This document shows positions 1-8,829 of a stretch of 32,000 nt of DNA, piece after piece. The DNA is taken from positions 480,001 to 512,000 of the forward strand of contig NC_000964.3 in the NCBI RefSeq assembly GCF_000009045.1, in the 5' to 3' direction. How positions within the stretch are numbered: position 1 is the first letter of the stretch; each line of letters starts with the position of its first letter. Position numbers and translations under genes: made by a program. The notes beneath the pieces are model-generated. The model saw only the letters and a program-made list of their open reading frames with translations, did not search any database and was not told the DNA's origin. This DNA is from Bacillus subtilis subsp. subtilis str. 168. Lineage in GTDB: Bacteria; Bacillota; Bacilli; Bacillales; Bacillaceae.

Positions 1-12
1 GGAAGCTTTTTA

Positions 13-864
13 ATGAAAATATCATTCAGTGAATCACAAAAATTATTTGCTTATTTTTCAGGGCTCATCGCGGCCCTGTCTTTGTTTATTTATTATGTGT
101 CAGCCCAGCAATCAGAAGGTGCTCTGATCCTTTGCATCACATTTGGCGTCATCGCCGCAGGCATCTGGTTCGGCCCGATTTACGCGCTGGCAGTGACCTT
201 AATCGTACTCTTTGTTCTCGGCACCTTAATGATGTTTTTCCAGACTGGACAGACATCGCTCTTTCCGGCTGAGGAAGGGCTGCGAATGCTTGTCGTGTGG
301 GGAATCGCGCTTTTGCTGTTTTCTTTTATTTCTGGAAGAATCCACGATATTACAGCAGAGCTTCGGCGCTCAATGACACGGCTTCAATCCGAAATTAAAA
401 GCTATGTTGCTGTTGACAGAGTGACTGGTTTTGATAACAAGCAAAGGATGAAGCTGGAACTTTCAGAAGAAATCAAGCGGGCGGAGCGCTACGGCAATTC
501 TTTTGTGTTTTTGCTGCTCCATATGCATTATTTCAAAGAGTTTAAGTCTTTGTACGGTGAAAAAGAAACGGACCGCCTCTTCCAATATGTCGGTCAGCAA
601 ATCAGGACAAGCGTTCGGGAAACGGATAAGAAATTCCGTCCCTCTGACGAGCGTATCGGGATCGTGCTGACGCACACGCCTGCTGAACATATGCCGGCCG
701 TTCTGACTAAGCTGAAGAAACAATTGGATACATATCAGCTGGAAAATGGAAAGTATGTGTCGCTTACGTTCCACGTTTGCTATTTGCCCTACCGCAACGA
801 TATCCAAACAGCTGATCAATTTTTAGAAGAACTGGAAAACGAGATGATGATGAATGAACTATAA
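13..864 (+). CDS. ydaK: Membrane protein with C-terminal degenerate GGDEF domain (YdaK, c-di-GMP receptor-like)
   Basis: 283 aa ORF. N-terminal hydrophobic helices, then a GGDEF-like domain (VAVDRVTGFDNKQRMKLEL...) whose signature is RPSDERIGIVL instead of GGDEF. Gene order matches ydaJKLMN. Confidence 0.93.
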   Translation: MKISFSESQKLFAYFSGLIAALSLFIYYVSAQQSEGALILCITFGVIAAGIWFGPIYALAVTLIVLFVLGTLMMFFQTGQTSLFPAEEGLRMLVVWGIALLLFSFISGRIHDITAELRRSMTRLQSEIKSYVAVDRVTGFDNKQRMKLELSEEIKRAERYGNSFVFLLLHMHYFKEFKSLYGEKETDRLFQYVGQQIRTSVRETDKKFRPSDERIGIVLTHTPAEHMPAVLTKLKKQLDTYQLENGKYVSLTFHVCYLPYRNDIQTADQFLEELENEMMMNEL

Positions 865-2584
865 AGGAATCACATTGCTATGCGTCATGATGCTTCTATT
901 TTCAGCTATTGCGTCTTTTCCCGTTTCTGCGCAAGCGAAAGATCAGGATGCCGGCATTCTCATCATCTACTCAACCTTGGACGGCAAAGAGTCGTCACAA
1001 GTCAAAATGCTCGATTTGCTTGCGGGCCACTTTACATCCCATGTGACAGTCAAAAAAGATTCAGACGTTGAAGCGTCGGATTTCAAAGGGAAAGACCATG
1101 TGATTTATTACGGCCAAACGAAAAGAAAGCTCAGCCAAAAATTGCTGTCTCTTATCAGCGGCGTGAAAAAACCGGTTGTCGCCATTGGCTATAACGCAGG
1201 CCAAATCAGCCAATTTTCTGGGCTTTCATTAGCCCGCAAAGAAAATGTGTTTCAGGTTCACAGCAGGTCAGAAAAGGCCGATGTGTCTCTGGAAAGCGGG
1301 CTTAACGTGCTGAGTGTATCAGGCCTGAAAGGAACGGCGCTTTACACCTTCAAAGCGGATGAAGGCACAACGCATTCTTTTATATGGAAAACAAAAAAAG
1401 GGAATGTGTACATTGGATTAACAAATTTGTTAAATGACAATTTGATCGTGGCGAAACAGCTCAGAGAAGCTTTCGGAGAGAAGGCGGGGACGACGTTATT
1501 GTATTTGCGTCTCGAGGATATCAGCCCGATGTCTGATGAAAAACTGCTGCTTCAAGCCGGTACATACCTGCATAAGCGGCATATTCCTTTTATCCTGGCG
1601 GTCATTCCGGTTTACTTGAATCCGGAAACAGGCGACAAAGTGTATTTGTCTAATCAACCGAAGATGGTCAAGGTGCTGAAGAAGCTGCAAAGCATGGGCG
1701 GCAGTATCATAGTTCACGGCTATACTCACGCTTATCGCTACAGTGAAACAGGAGAGGGATTTGAATTTTGGGATGCAAAGGCGGATCAGCCGATTACATC
1801 CGGAAATGCCGAAGACCCCCCGTCCATTTTGGAGAAAGAACAGGACTTCCCGAACGAACAAGCCTATCACAGCTATCTTGAACCATTTCGGGAAAAGGAA
1901 GAAACGTATACAAAACAAAAACTGACGCGTGCCATTGAGGATTTGACATCATCGGGTCTTTACCCGCTGGCGTTTGAAGCGCCGCATTACACGATGTCCG
2001 AATATGGCTATCAAATCGCCTCGCAGTATTTTACAAGCATTTTCGGCCAGGTCCAGCTCAGCAGCACAACATGGAAAACATCCGGTGCACCTCCGTTTGT
2101 GACTGCTCCTTCGATGCTGCACGGAATGACGCTTTATCCGGAAACGATCGGCTTTGTCGACACATCGAAGCAAAACCCGCTCGGTGAGATGGAGGAGCAT
2201 ATCTCCCAGATGATTGATTTTGAAGGCGGAGTAGCCGGAGGATTTTATCACCCGTACCTTGGGATGAAATATCTGCCTGAGCTGGTTGATCAGATGGAAC
2301 GCATTCCAGACAGTGAATGGCTTGATTTAAAGAAAACGAAACAAACCGTCAAAACAGACAAAGTGGAAATTCATACAAGCGGTGACGGAACGATTCAGGT
2401 GAAAAACGGCGTAAGCCCCATTTACGAGTTTTTCGATCATCACCGGCAAACCCCTCTGGAAAAGGCGTTATGGATTCTCTCCGCTGTTGTGCTCTTATTT
2501 GTCATCATGTTTGTCAGTTATACGTTTTACTTGAGAGCCACATTGAAAAAACGAATTTTTAAGGAGAGAAGAAGCCTTGGGTAA
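854..2584 (+). CDS. ydaL: DUF2334 / putative polysaccharide deacetylase-like secreted membrane protein YdaL
   Basis: 576 aa ORF with signal peptide, motifs IIVHGYTHAYRYS and FEAPHYTMS, and a C-terminal TM helix. Overlaps the ydaK stop. Confidence 0.92.
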   Translation: MNYKGITLLCVMMLLFSAIASFPVSAQAKDQDAGILIIYSTLDGKESSQVKMLDLLAGHFTSHVTVKKDSDVEASDFKGKDHVIYYGQTKRKLSQKLLSLISGVKKPVVAIGYNAGQISQFSGLSLARKENVFQVHSRSEKADVSLESGLNVLSVSGLKGTALYTFKADEGTTHSFIWKTKKGNVYIGLTNLLNDNLIVAKQLREAFGEKAGTTLLYLRLEDISPMSDEKLLLQAGTYLHKRHIPFILAVIPVYLNPETGDKVYLSNQPKMVKVLKKLQSMGGSIIVHGYTHAYRYSETGEGFEFWDAKADQPITSGNAEDPPSILEKEQDFPNEQAYHSYLEPFREKEETYTKQKLTRAIEDLTSSGLYPLAFEAPHYTMSEYGYQIASQYFTSIFGQVQLSSTTWKTSGAPPFVTAPSMLHGMTLYPETIGFVDTSKQNPLGEMEEHISQMIDFEGGVAGGFYHPYLGMKYLPELVDQMERIPDSEWLDLKKTKQTVKTDKVEIHTSGDGTIQVKNGVSPIYEFFDHHRQTPLEKALWILSAVVLLFVIMFVSYTFYLRATLKKRIFKERRSLG

Positions 2585-3839
2585 TACGCTGTTCTTTATC
2601 TCGCTAAGTTTAATATGGGTTATGCTTCTCTACCACATGTTCCTCATGCAGGGCGGGTTTCGCCACTATATGACCTTCGAACGGAATATCCCGAAGTGGA
2701 GAGAAAATATGAAGGAACTGCCGAAGGTCAGCGTCCTCATCCCGGCGCATAACGAAGAGGTTGTGATTCGGCAGACGCTGAAGGCCATGGTCAACCTTTA
2801 TTATCCGAAGGACCGGCTGGAGATTATCGTCGTTAATGATAATTCATCAGACCGGACGGGTGATATCGTCAATGAATTTTCCGAGAAATACGATTTCATC
2901 AAAATGGTGATTACGAAGCCGCCAAATGCAGGAAAAGGAAAATCCTCTGCACTTAACTCGGGTTTTGCCGAATCGAACGGCGATGTGATCTGTGTGTATG
3001 ACGCCGACAACACGCCTGAGAAAATGGCCGTGTATTACCTCGTGCTCGGCCTGATGAATGACGAAAAGGCAGGCGCCGTGGTAGGGAAATTCCGCGTCAT
3101 CAATGCGGCAAAGACGCTGCTGACGAGGTTTATTAATATCGAAACGATCTGTTTTCAGTGGATGGCCCAGGGAGGCAGATGGAAGTGGTTCAAAATCGCC
3201 ACGATCCCAGGCACCAACTTCGCGATCCGCAGAAGCATTATCGAAAAGCTCGGAGGCTGGGATGACAAAGCGCTCGCTGAGGATACTGAGCTGACCATCC
3301 GGGTATATAATCTCGGCTATCACATCCGCTTTTTCCCTGCCGCCATCACGTGGGAGCAGGAACCGGAAACATGGAAGGTATGGTGGCGCCAGCGCACCCG
3401 ATGGGCGCGCGGCAATCAATATGTCGTGCTCAAATTTTTGGCGCAGTTTTTTAAGCTGAAACGAAAACGGATTATCTTTGATTTGTTTTATTTTTTCTTT
3501 ACGTACTTCCTGTTTTTCTTTGGCGTGATCATGTCAAATGCGATTTTTGTAGTGAATTTGTTTTATGATTTGCATTTGTCTGTTGGATTTTTGGCAATGA
3601 TTCTCTGGATTTTGGCGTTTTTCTTATTTATGACAGAGGTCATGATTACGTTGAGCATTGAAAAAACAGAAATGAACAAGCAAAACTTTTTTATCGTATT
3701 TCTCATGTACTTCACATACTCGCAGGCATGGATTGTGCTTGTTATCTACTCTTTATTCGTAGAAATCAAGCACCGTTTATTCAAGCAAGAGGTCAAATGG
3801 TACAAGACAGAACGATACAATCAACATAAAAGCGGGTGA
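2577..3839 (+). CDS. ydaM: Family 2 glycosyltransferase (BcsA/NAG-transferase-like) YdaM
   Basis: 420 aa ORF with PVSVLIPAHNEE-like motif, DADNTP, AEDTELTIR and QRTRWARG (QxxRW), plus TM helices. Confidence 0.94.
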   Translation: MGNTLFFISLSLIWVMLLYHMFLMQGGFRHYMTFERNIPKWRENMKELPKVSVLIPAHNEEVVIRQTLKAMVNLYYPKDRLEIIVVNDNSSDRTGDIVNEFSEKYDFIKMVITKPPNAGKGKSSALNSGFAESNGDVICVYDADNTPEKMAVYYLVLGLMNDEKAGAVVGKFRVINAAKTLLTRFINIETICFQWMAQGGRWKWFKIATIPGTNFAIRRSIIEKLGGWDDKALAEDTELTIRVYNLGYHIRFFPAAITWEQEPETWKVWWRQRTRWARGNQYVVLKFLAQFFKLKRKRIIFDLFYFFFTYFLFFFGVIMSNAIFVVNLFYDLHLSVGFLAMILWILAFFLFMTEVMITLSIEKTEMNKQNFFIVFLMYFTYSQAWIVLVIYSLFVEIKHRLFKQEVKWYKTERYNQHKSG

Positions 3840-5956
3840 CCTTTTTGAAACAAATAATGATTTTTCTCACAAGCTTCATGCTGCTGGCGATGACTGGACA
3901 AACGGCTCTTGCCAAAGACGTACAGGTCAGCGGTTCGCTCCTTGGGAAAAGCAGCCAAGAACAAGCCAAACAGCAGGTGCTGACAAGCGAGCTGATTACA
4001 CTGTATGGATCAAAAGACAGCGCAGAGCTGACGTATCAGATCCCGGCAGGCGCCTCTTCGGGCAATCAGCAATTGGTAATCGAATACGAGGCATCAAATC
4101 TTTTAATTTCTCCATCATCGTTAACGGTTGTCATTGATGATGAACCGGTCAAGACGTTAAAGCTTGATGGTGATTCCAAACGGAAAACAGTGAAGCTGAA
4201 TCTGAATAAAAGCCAGTCTGCGCAAGGCTATCACAACGTATCGCTGAAATTCTACGGCGTAATGAAAGAGGGCGTGTGCGTCAGACAGGATACATCAGGC
4301 AACTGGATCAAAATTTATCCGGACAGCCGGCTGACACTTGCTGACAGCAGTGAAGCGAAGGGAACGTCGCTGGACCATTATCCGTATCCTTTCGCCCAAT
4401 CTGGAAATACAGCGGAAGAAACAGCTATCGTCATTCCGGATAACCCAAGTTCAGCAGAAATAGAAGCTGCTGTTAAAACAGAAGGCTATTTGAAAACGGT
4501 GGACAGCAGTGTCAGTATTGCGTATGTCACGGAATCTGAACTGAAAAAAATCGATAAGCCGACGATTGTTATCGGCGTGGACAAGCATTGGAACGGCAAA
4601 GTGAAAAAACTGTTGAAACAAGCCGGGCTACAGGCAAAAGGAGAAAACCTTCTGCTTGCGGAGCGGGTGCTGAAAGCAGAGGGCAAACAGCAGCCGGTTC
4701 TGTTTGCGCAAGCGGCGTCCGAGGACGCGCTCACAAAAAAAATCAGCGTGATGACAGATCAGACATATACAGGCCAGCTCAGCGGCGATACACTTTCAAT
4801 CAGCAAGCTTCAGCAGACTGAAAAAAAAGAAAGCGATAAGCTGACCCTTGAGAATTTTGGAGCGGGTGATATCACAATTGGAGCCGACAAAACATCTTCA
4901 GCACATTATTTTTATCCGGCTTCGGCTGTTTTAGATGAAAACCAATCGGCGAAGCTGTCGCTTAAACTGAAAAAGTCTGAAACGATTCAAGCCTCAACGG
5001 CTGAAAACGAGTCAGCCTCTCAGGCTGCAGAACTGAAAGTGATGATCAACGGCCAGCCGCACTCGGTCCGGCTTGATGAATTAGGAAAAGAAGATAAAAA
5101 CGGATTCTATCATGTCACAGTGAAAGTGGACCCTAAGCTGCTGCAAAAAAACCGCTACATTGATATTCAGTTCGTCACGACCGGTTTAAAGGAAAACAAC
5201 CCTTGTAACACCACTGATGAAGAAAAGTGGGTTTTTATCGATAAAAACAGTACATTATCATACGCCATCAAAGGCATGTCCCCGTCAGCGGATTTTCAAG
5301 AGTGGCCGCTGCCTTACGCCGGAAACCAGGATCAAACAACGTTAATCGTGCTTCCTGACACCGTAAGCCAATCGAAGCTAGAGGAGCTTTCTCTCGTAAC
5401 AGAATCCTTTGGCAACGAAGCACAGCATTCATATACGGTAAAGAAATCATCTGACGTTACAGCAAATGATGCGAAAGGACGAAACCTCATTTTCATAGGA
5501 GGGATCAATCAATTTTCTCTTCTGAAGGAGAAATCATCAGATCTGCTTGTGCCGCAGGAAAAGAACGGCTCGTTTGATGTATCTAGTTTCGAGATGCTGA
5601 ATGAGACGACAAAACAAGTGGTATTTACCCAAGCATCGGTTTGGGATTCACGCTATACAATGGCTGTCTTTGCACCGTCAAAAGGAGATGGCACGGCTGT
5701 CACAAAAGAGATCATCAGTTATCTGAACAGCAACGATGAGTCGGCAACCGTCCTTAATGAAACAAACAGCCAGCAGGTGTTTACAAACCACCAGCAGCTC
5801 AAATCGGAAACAAACAGTTCCGATGCAGAACAACCAACACAGGATCATAGCCAGAAATGGATGTATATTGGTGTGCTGGCACTCATTATGGTGGTTGCGG
5901 CAGTGTTCATTTGGATTGCCGTAAGACGCAAAAAAAGAAAGACAGATACAGAATAA
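3836..5956 (+). CDS. ydaN: BcsB-like cellulose synthase regulatory-subunit family protein YdaN
   Basis: 706 aa ORF with signal peptide and C-terminal TM anchor (MYIGVLALIMVVAAVFIWIAVRRKKR). Translationally coupled to ydaM. Confidence 0.9.
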   Translation: MTFLKQIMIFLTSFMLLAMTGQTALAKDVQVSGSLLGKSSQEQAKQQVLTSELITLYGSKDSAELTYQIPAGASSGNQQLVIEYEASNLLISPSSLTVVIDDEPVKTLKLDGDSKRKTVKLNLNKSQSAQGYHNVSLKFYGVMKEGVCVRQDTSGNWIKIYPDSRLTLADSSEAKGTSLDHYPYPFAQSGNTAEETAIVIPDNPSSAEIEAAVKTEGYLKTVDSSVSIAYVTESELKKIDKPTIVIGVDKHWNGKVKKLLKQAGLQAKGENLLLAERVLKAEGKQQPVLFAQAASEDALTKKISVMTDQTYTGQLSGDTLSISKLQQTEKKESDKLTLENFGAGDITIGADKTSSAHYFYPASAVLDENQSAKLSLKLKKSETIQASTAENESASQAAELKVMINGQPHSVRLDELGKEDKNGFYHVTVKVDPKLLQKNRYIDIQFVTTGLKENNPCNTTDEEKWVFIDKNSTLSYAIKGMSPSADFQEWPLPYAGNQDQTTLIVLPDTVSQSKLEELSLVTESFGNEAQHSYTVKKSSDVTANDAKGRNLIFIGGINQFSLLKEKSSDLLVPQEKNGSFDVSSFEMLNETTKQVVFTQASVWDSRYTMAVFAPSKGDGTAVTKEIISYLNSNDESATVLNETNSQQVFTNHQQLKSETNSSDAEQPTQDHSQKWMYIGVLALIMVVAAVFIWIAVRRKKRKTDTE

Positions 5957-5986
5957 AACAGAGGCGATTTTAGCCTCTGTTTTTTT
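5956..5986 (+). terminator. Intrinsic terminator of the ydaKLMN operon
   Basis: aaaacagaggc gatttta gcctctgtttttttattt: 11-bp stem followed by a T-tract. Confidence 0.9.
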
Positions 5987-6054
5987 ATTTTTGGTAAGTA
6001 AATTCCATTTGTGGAACCTGTCATTTTATTTTTTTCTCTCAGCCAATAAGCCTC

Positions 6055-6083
6055 TTTACAACGTGCGGGAACGGGAGTATGAT
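6055..6083 (+). promoter_or_regulatory. SigA-type promoter for the kimA leader
   Basis: TTTACA (6055-6060), 17 bp spacer, TATGAT (6078-6083). Confidence 0.75.
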
Positions 6084-6094
6084 CTCTTTTAGAA

Positions 6095-6245
6095 AACAAA
6101 TCGCTTAATCTGAAATCAGAGCGGGGGACCCAATAGAACGGCTTTTTGCCGTTGGGGTGAATCCTTTTTAGGTAGGGCTAACTCTCATATGCCCGAATCC
6201 GTCAGCTAACCTCGTAAGCGTTCGTGAGAGGAGATGAATGAAACC
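6095..6245 (+). promoter_or_regulatory. c-di-AMP riboswitch (ydaO-yuaA leader)
   Basis: Sequence AATCGCTTAATCTGAAATCAGAGCGGGGGACCCAATAG...TTGGGGTGAATCC...TAGGGCTAACTCTCATATGCCCGAATCCGTCAGCTAACCTCGTAAGCG...GAGAGG matches the classical ydaO motif. It sits between a promoter and a terminator upstream of kimA. Boundaries are approximate. Confidence 0.96.
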
Positions 6246-6262
6246 TGTGTTCGATGTTATGG

Positions 6263-6294
6263 CACAGGGGCATCCGTTTGCCTCTGTGTTTTTT
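6263..6294 (+). terminator. Riboswitch expression-platform terminator
   Basis: CACAGGGGCA tccgtt TGCCTCTGTG followed by TTTTTTGTTG. Confidence 0.85.
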
Positions 6295-6431
6295 GTTGTT
6301 CATTTTTGAATGCAAATCGCATACAGAGACATCATAGCAGAAAGGACTATCATCAACATGTGAGAGCAAGACACTGATGGATGTTTTATTGTTTTAATTG
6401 AAAAATGAGAAATTAAAAGGGGAAGACATCG

Positions 6432-8255
6432 ATGTATCATTCAATCAAACGTTTTTTGATTGGGAAACCACTAAAATCCCAAGCAGCTGGAGAGCAAAAA
6501 CTGACGAAATTAAAAGCCTTGGCTATGCTTTCCTCAGATGCGCTGTCATCTGTCGCATATGGGACAGAACAAATTCTAATCATTTTGGCAACAATCAGTG
6601 CAGCCGCATTTTGGTACTCCATTCCGATTGCGGTTGGCGTTCTCATCTTGCTGCTCGCACTGATTCTTTCATACAGGCAAATTATTTACGCTTATCCGCA
6701 GGGCGGCGGGGCGTATATCGTTTCTAAAGAAAATCTCGGTGAAAAACCGGGATTGATTGCGGGCGGTTCATTGCTTGTTGATTATATTTTAACAGTAGCG
6801 GTAAGTATTTCCGCAGGCACGGATGCCATCACGTCAGCCTTTCCTGCATTGCATGATTATCATGTGCCGATCGCTATTTTTCTCGTGTTAGTGATTATGA
6901 TTTTGAACCTGCGCGGGCTTTCGGAATCAGCATCCATACTTGCCTACCCGGTTTATCTGTTTGTGGTGGCGCTTTTGGTTCTCATTGCAGTCGGGTTGTT
7001 TAAACTTATGACAGGACAAATAGACCAGCCAGCCCATCATACATCGCTCGGCACACCTGTAGCCGGCATTACGCTATTTTTGCTGCTTAAGGCTTTTTCC
7101 TCCGGATGCTCAGCGTTGACCGGGGTTGAGGCCATTTCTAATGCGATTCCTGCATTCAAAAACCCGCCTGCGCGAAACGCGGCAAGAACGCTTGCGATGA
7201 TGGGGATTTTGCTGGCGATTCTGTTTTCCGGCATCACGGTTCTCGCGTACGGGTATGGTACGGCGCCGAAACCTGATGAAACAGTGGTTTCACAAATTGC
7301 GTCCGAAACCTTTGGGCGGAATGTGTTCTACTATGTCATCCAAGGTGTCACATCGCTTATTTTGGTTCTTGCGGCAAATACGGGATTCTCAGCCTTCCCG
7401 CAGCTTGCCTTCAACCTGGCGAGAGACCAGTATATGCCGCGAATGTTTACAGTCAGGGGCGACCGCTTAGGCTTCTCAAATGGGATTATCTTTTTAGGCT
7501 TTGCCTCCATTGTTCTCATTATCTTATTCGGGGGACAGACGGAGCACTTAATCCCGTTATATGCTGTGGGCGTATTTATTCCATTTACGCTTTCACAAAC
7601 CGGCATGTGCATGAAATGGATCAAGCAAAAACCAAAAGGCTGGATCGGAAAAATGCTGATCAACTCCTGCGGCGCTCTGATATCATTTATGGTTCTATCC
7701 ATTCTGTTTGTGACGAAGTTTAATGTCGTATGGCCTGTGTTAATCTTTATGCCTATCGTCGTTTTGCTGTTTTTTGCGATTAAAAATCACTATACTGCGG
7801 TTGGTGAACAGCTTCGCATCGTAGACAAAGAGCCGGAAGAAATCAAAGGCACCGTTGTGATTGTGCCTGTGGCCGGTGTCACCACCGTCGTGCAAAAATC
7901 GATTCACTATGCGAAATCACTGTCCGATCAGGTGATCGCCGTTCACGTGTCATTTGACAGAGAACAGGAAAAGAAATTCGAAAAACGTTGGGAAGAGCTT
8001 AATAACGGAGTGCGTCTCGTGACGCTTCACTCCTCTTACAGAAGCCTTGTCCATCCGTTTGATAAGTTTTTGGAAACAGTTGAGGCAAAAGCGAAGAAGG
8101 AGCAGTTTTCCGTTATGGTGCTGTTTCCGCAATTTATAACGAAAAAACGCTGGCACACCATCCTTCACAACCAATCGGCCTTCCTCCTCAGAGTCCGGCT
8201 GTTCTGGAAAAAGGACATAATGGTTGCCACACTGCCGTATCATTTTAAAAAGTAA
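6432..8255 (+). CDS. kimA: High-affinity K+ importer KimA (YdaO), APC superfamily
   Basis: 607 aa, about 12 TM helices, cytosolic C-terminal domain; start [16 protein letters not shown] with upstream aggggaagac RBS. Confidence 0.97.
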   Translation: MYHSIKRFLIGKPLKSQAAGEQKLTKLKALAMLSSDALSSVAYGTEQILIILATISAAAFWYSIPIAVGVLILLLALILSYRQIIYAYPQGGGAYIVSKENLGEKPGLIAGGSLLVDYILTVAVSISAGTDAITSAFPALHDYHVPIAIFLVLVIMILNLRGLSESASILAYPVYLFVVALLVLIAVGLFKLMTGQIDQPAHHTSLGTPVAGITLFLLLKAFSSGCSALTGVEAISNAIPAFKNPPARNAARTLAMMGILLAILFSGITVLAYGYGTAPKPDETVVSQIASETFGRNVFYYVIQGVTSLILVLAANTGFSAFPQLAFNLARDQYMPRMFTVRGDRLGFSNGIIFLGFASIVLIILFGGQTEHLIPLYAVGVFIPFTLSQTGMCMKWIKQKPKGWIGKMLINSCGALISFMVLSILFVTKFNVVWPVLIFMPIVVLLFFAIKNHYTAVGEQLRIVDKEPEEIKGTVVIVPVAGVTTVVQKSIHYAKSLSDQVIAVHVSFDREQEKKFEKRWEELNNGVRLVTLHSSYRSLVHPFDKFLETVEAKAKKEQFSVMVLFPQFITKKRWHTILHNQSAFLLRVRLFWKKDIMVATLPYHFKK

Positions 8256-8261
8256 AGCTCT

Positions 8262-8290
8262 AGGACCAAGGGAATCACCTTGGTCCTTTT
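8262..8290 (+). terminator. Intrinsic terminator after kimA
   Basis: aggaccaagg gaatca ccttggtcct followed by ttttt. Confidence 0.88.
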
Positions 8291-8313
8291 TAGCGGGAAA
8301 AGGAGGTATGGGG

Positions 8314-8763
8314 GTGTATACACAAGGTGCTTTTGTGATCGTATTGAACGAAAGTCAGCAAATTCTGCTGGTGAAACGAAAAGATGTCCCTCTATGGGAT
8401 TTGCCGGGCGGCAGGGTTGATCCCGGGGAATCGGCTGAGGAAGCGGCAGTGCGGGAGATATTGGAAGAAACGGGATACAATGCAGCGCTTTCTGCGAAAA
8501 TAGGTGTTTACCAAAGGCCAAAGTTTCAAGATGAACAGCATCTGTTTTTCGGAAGCATTACAGGCGGACAAGCAATGGCTGACGGCACAGAGACAGCGGG
8601 ATTAAAGTGGGTTTCCCCGGGGCGTTTGCCGCTTTTTATGGTGCCGAATCGAAAAAGGCAGATCAATGATTTCAAGAACGGCGCTCAAGATGTAAATGTC
8701 ACCGTCAAGGATAGCGGGTTGCTCGCGGCGATCGACCTGTTGAAAAGAAGACTGGGCAAGTGA
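8314..8763 (+). CDS. mutT: Nudix hydrolase, MutT family
   Basis: 149 aa from GTG 8314, with RBS aggagg at 8301-8306. Complete Nudix box [24 protein letters not shown]. The tracked ORF start at 8224 lies inside the kimA end and terminator. Confidence 0.9.
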   Translation: MYTQGAFVIVLNESQQILLVKRKDVPLWDLPGGRVDPGESAEEAAVREILEETGYNAALSAKIGVYQRPKFQDEQHLFFGSITGGQAMADGTETAGLKWVSPGRLPLFMVPNRKRQINDFKNGAQDVNVTVKDSGLLAAIDLLKRRLGK

Positions 8764-8776
8764 TTCAGGTCTCCGG

Positions 8777-8802
8777 GTTTTAAAGCCTTTCTCCTGTGGT
8801 AT
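8777..8802 (+). promoter_or_regulatory. Candidate SigB promoter of ydaP
   Basis: GTTTTA (8777-8782), 14 bp, TGGTAT (8797-8802), resembling GTTTAA-N12-15-GGGTAT. YdaP is a known general-stress protein. Confidence 0.55.
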
Positions 8803-8829
8803 TGAAAAAAGGAAAAAGGAGGATACGTT

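Noticed and set aside
2847-3419. 190-aa minus-strand ORF inside ydaM
   Set aside because: Antisense to conserved glycosyltransferase motifs; no RBS or recognisable family. The 203-aa minus-strand ORF at 25656-26267 in ydbM is rejected for the same reason.
6398-6727. ORF overlapping the kimA 5' end in another frame
   Set aside because: Shadow ORF of kimA, which has a clear RBS, start and family match.
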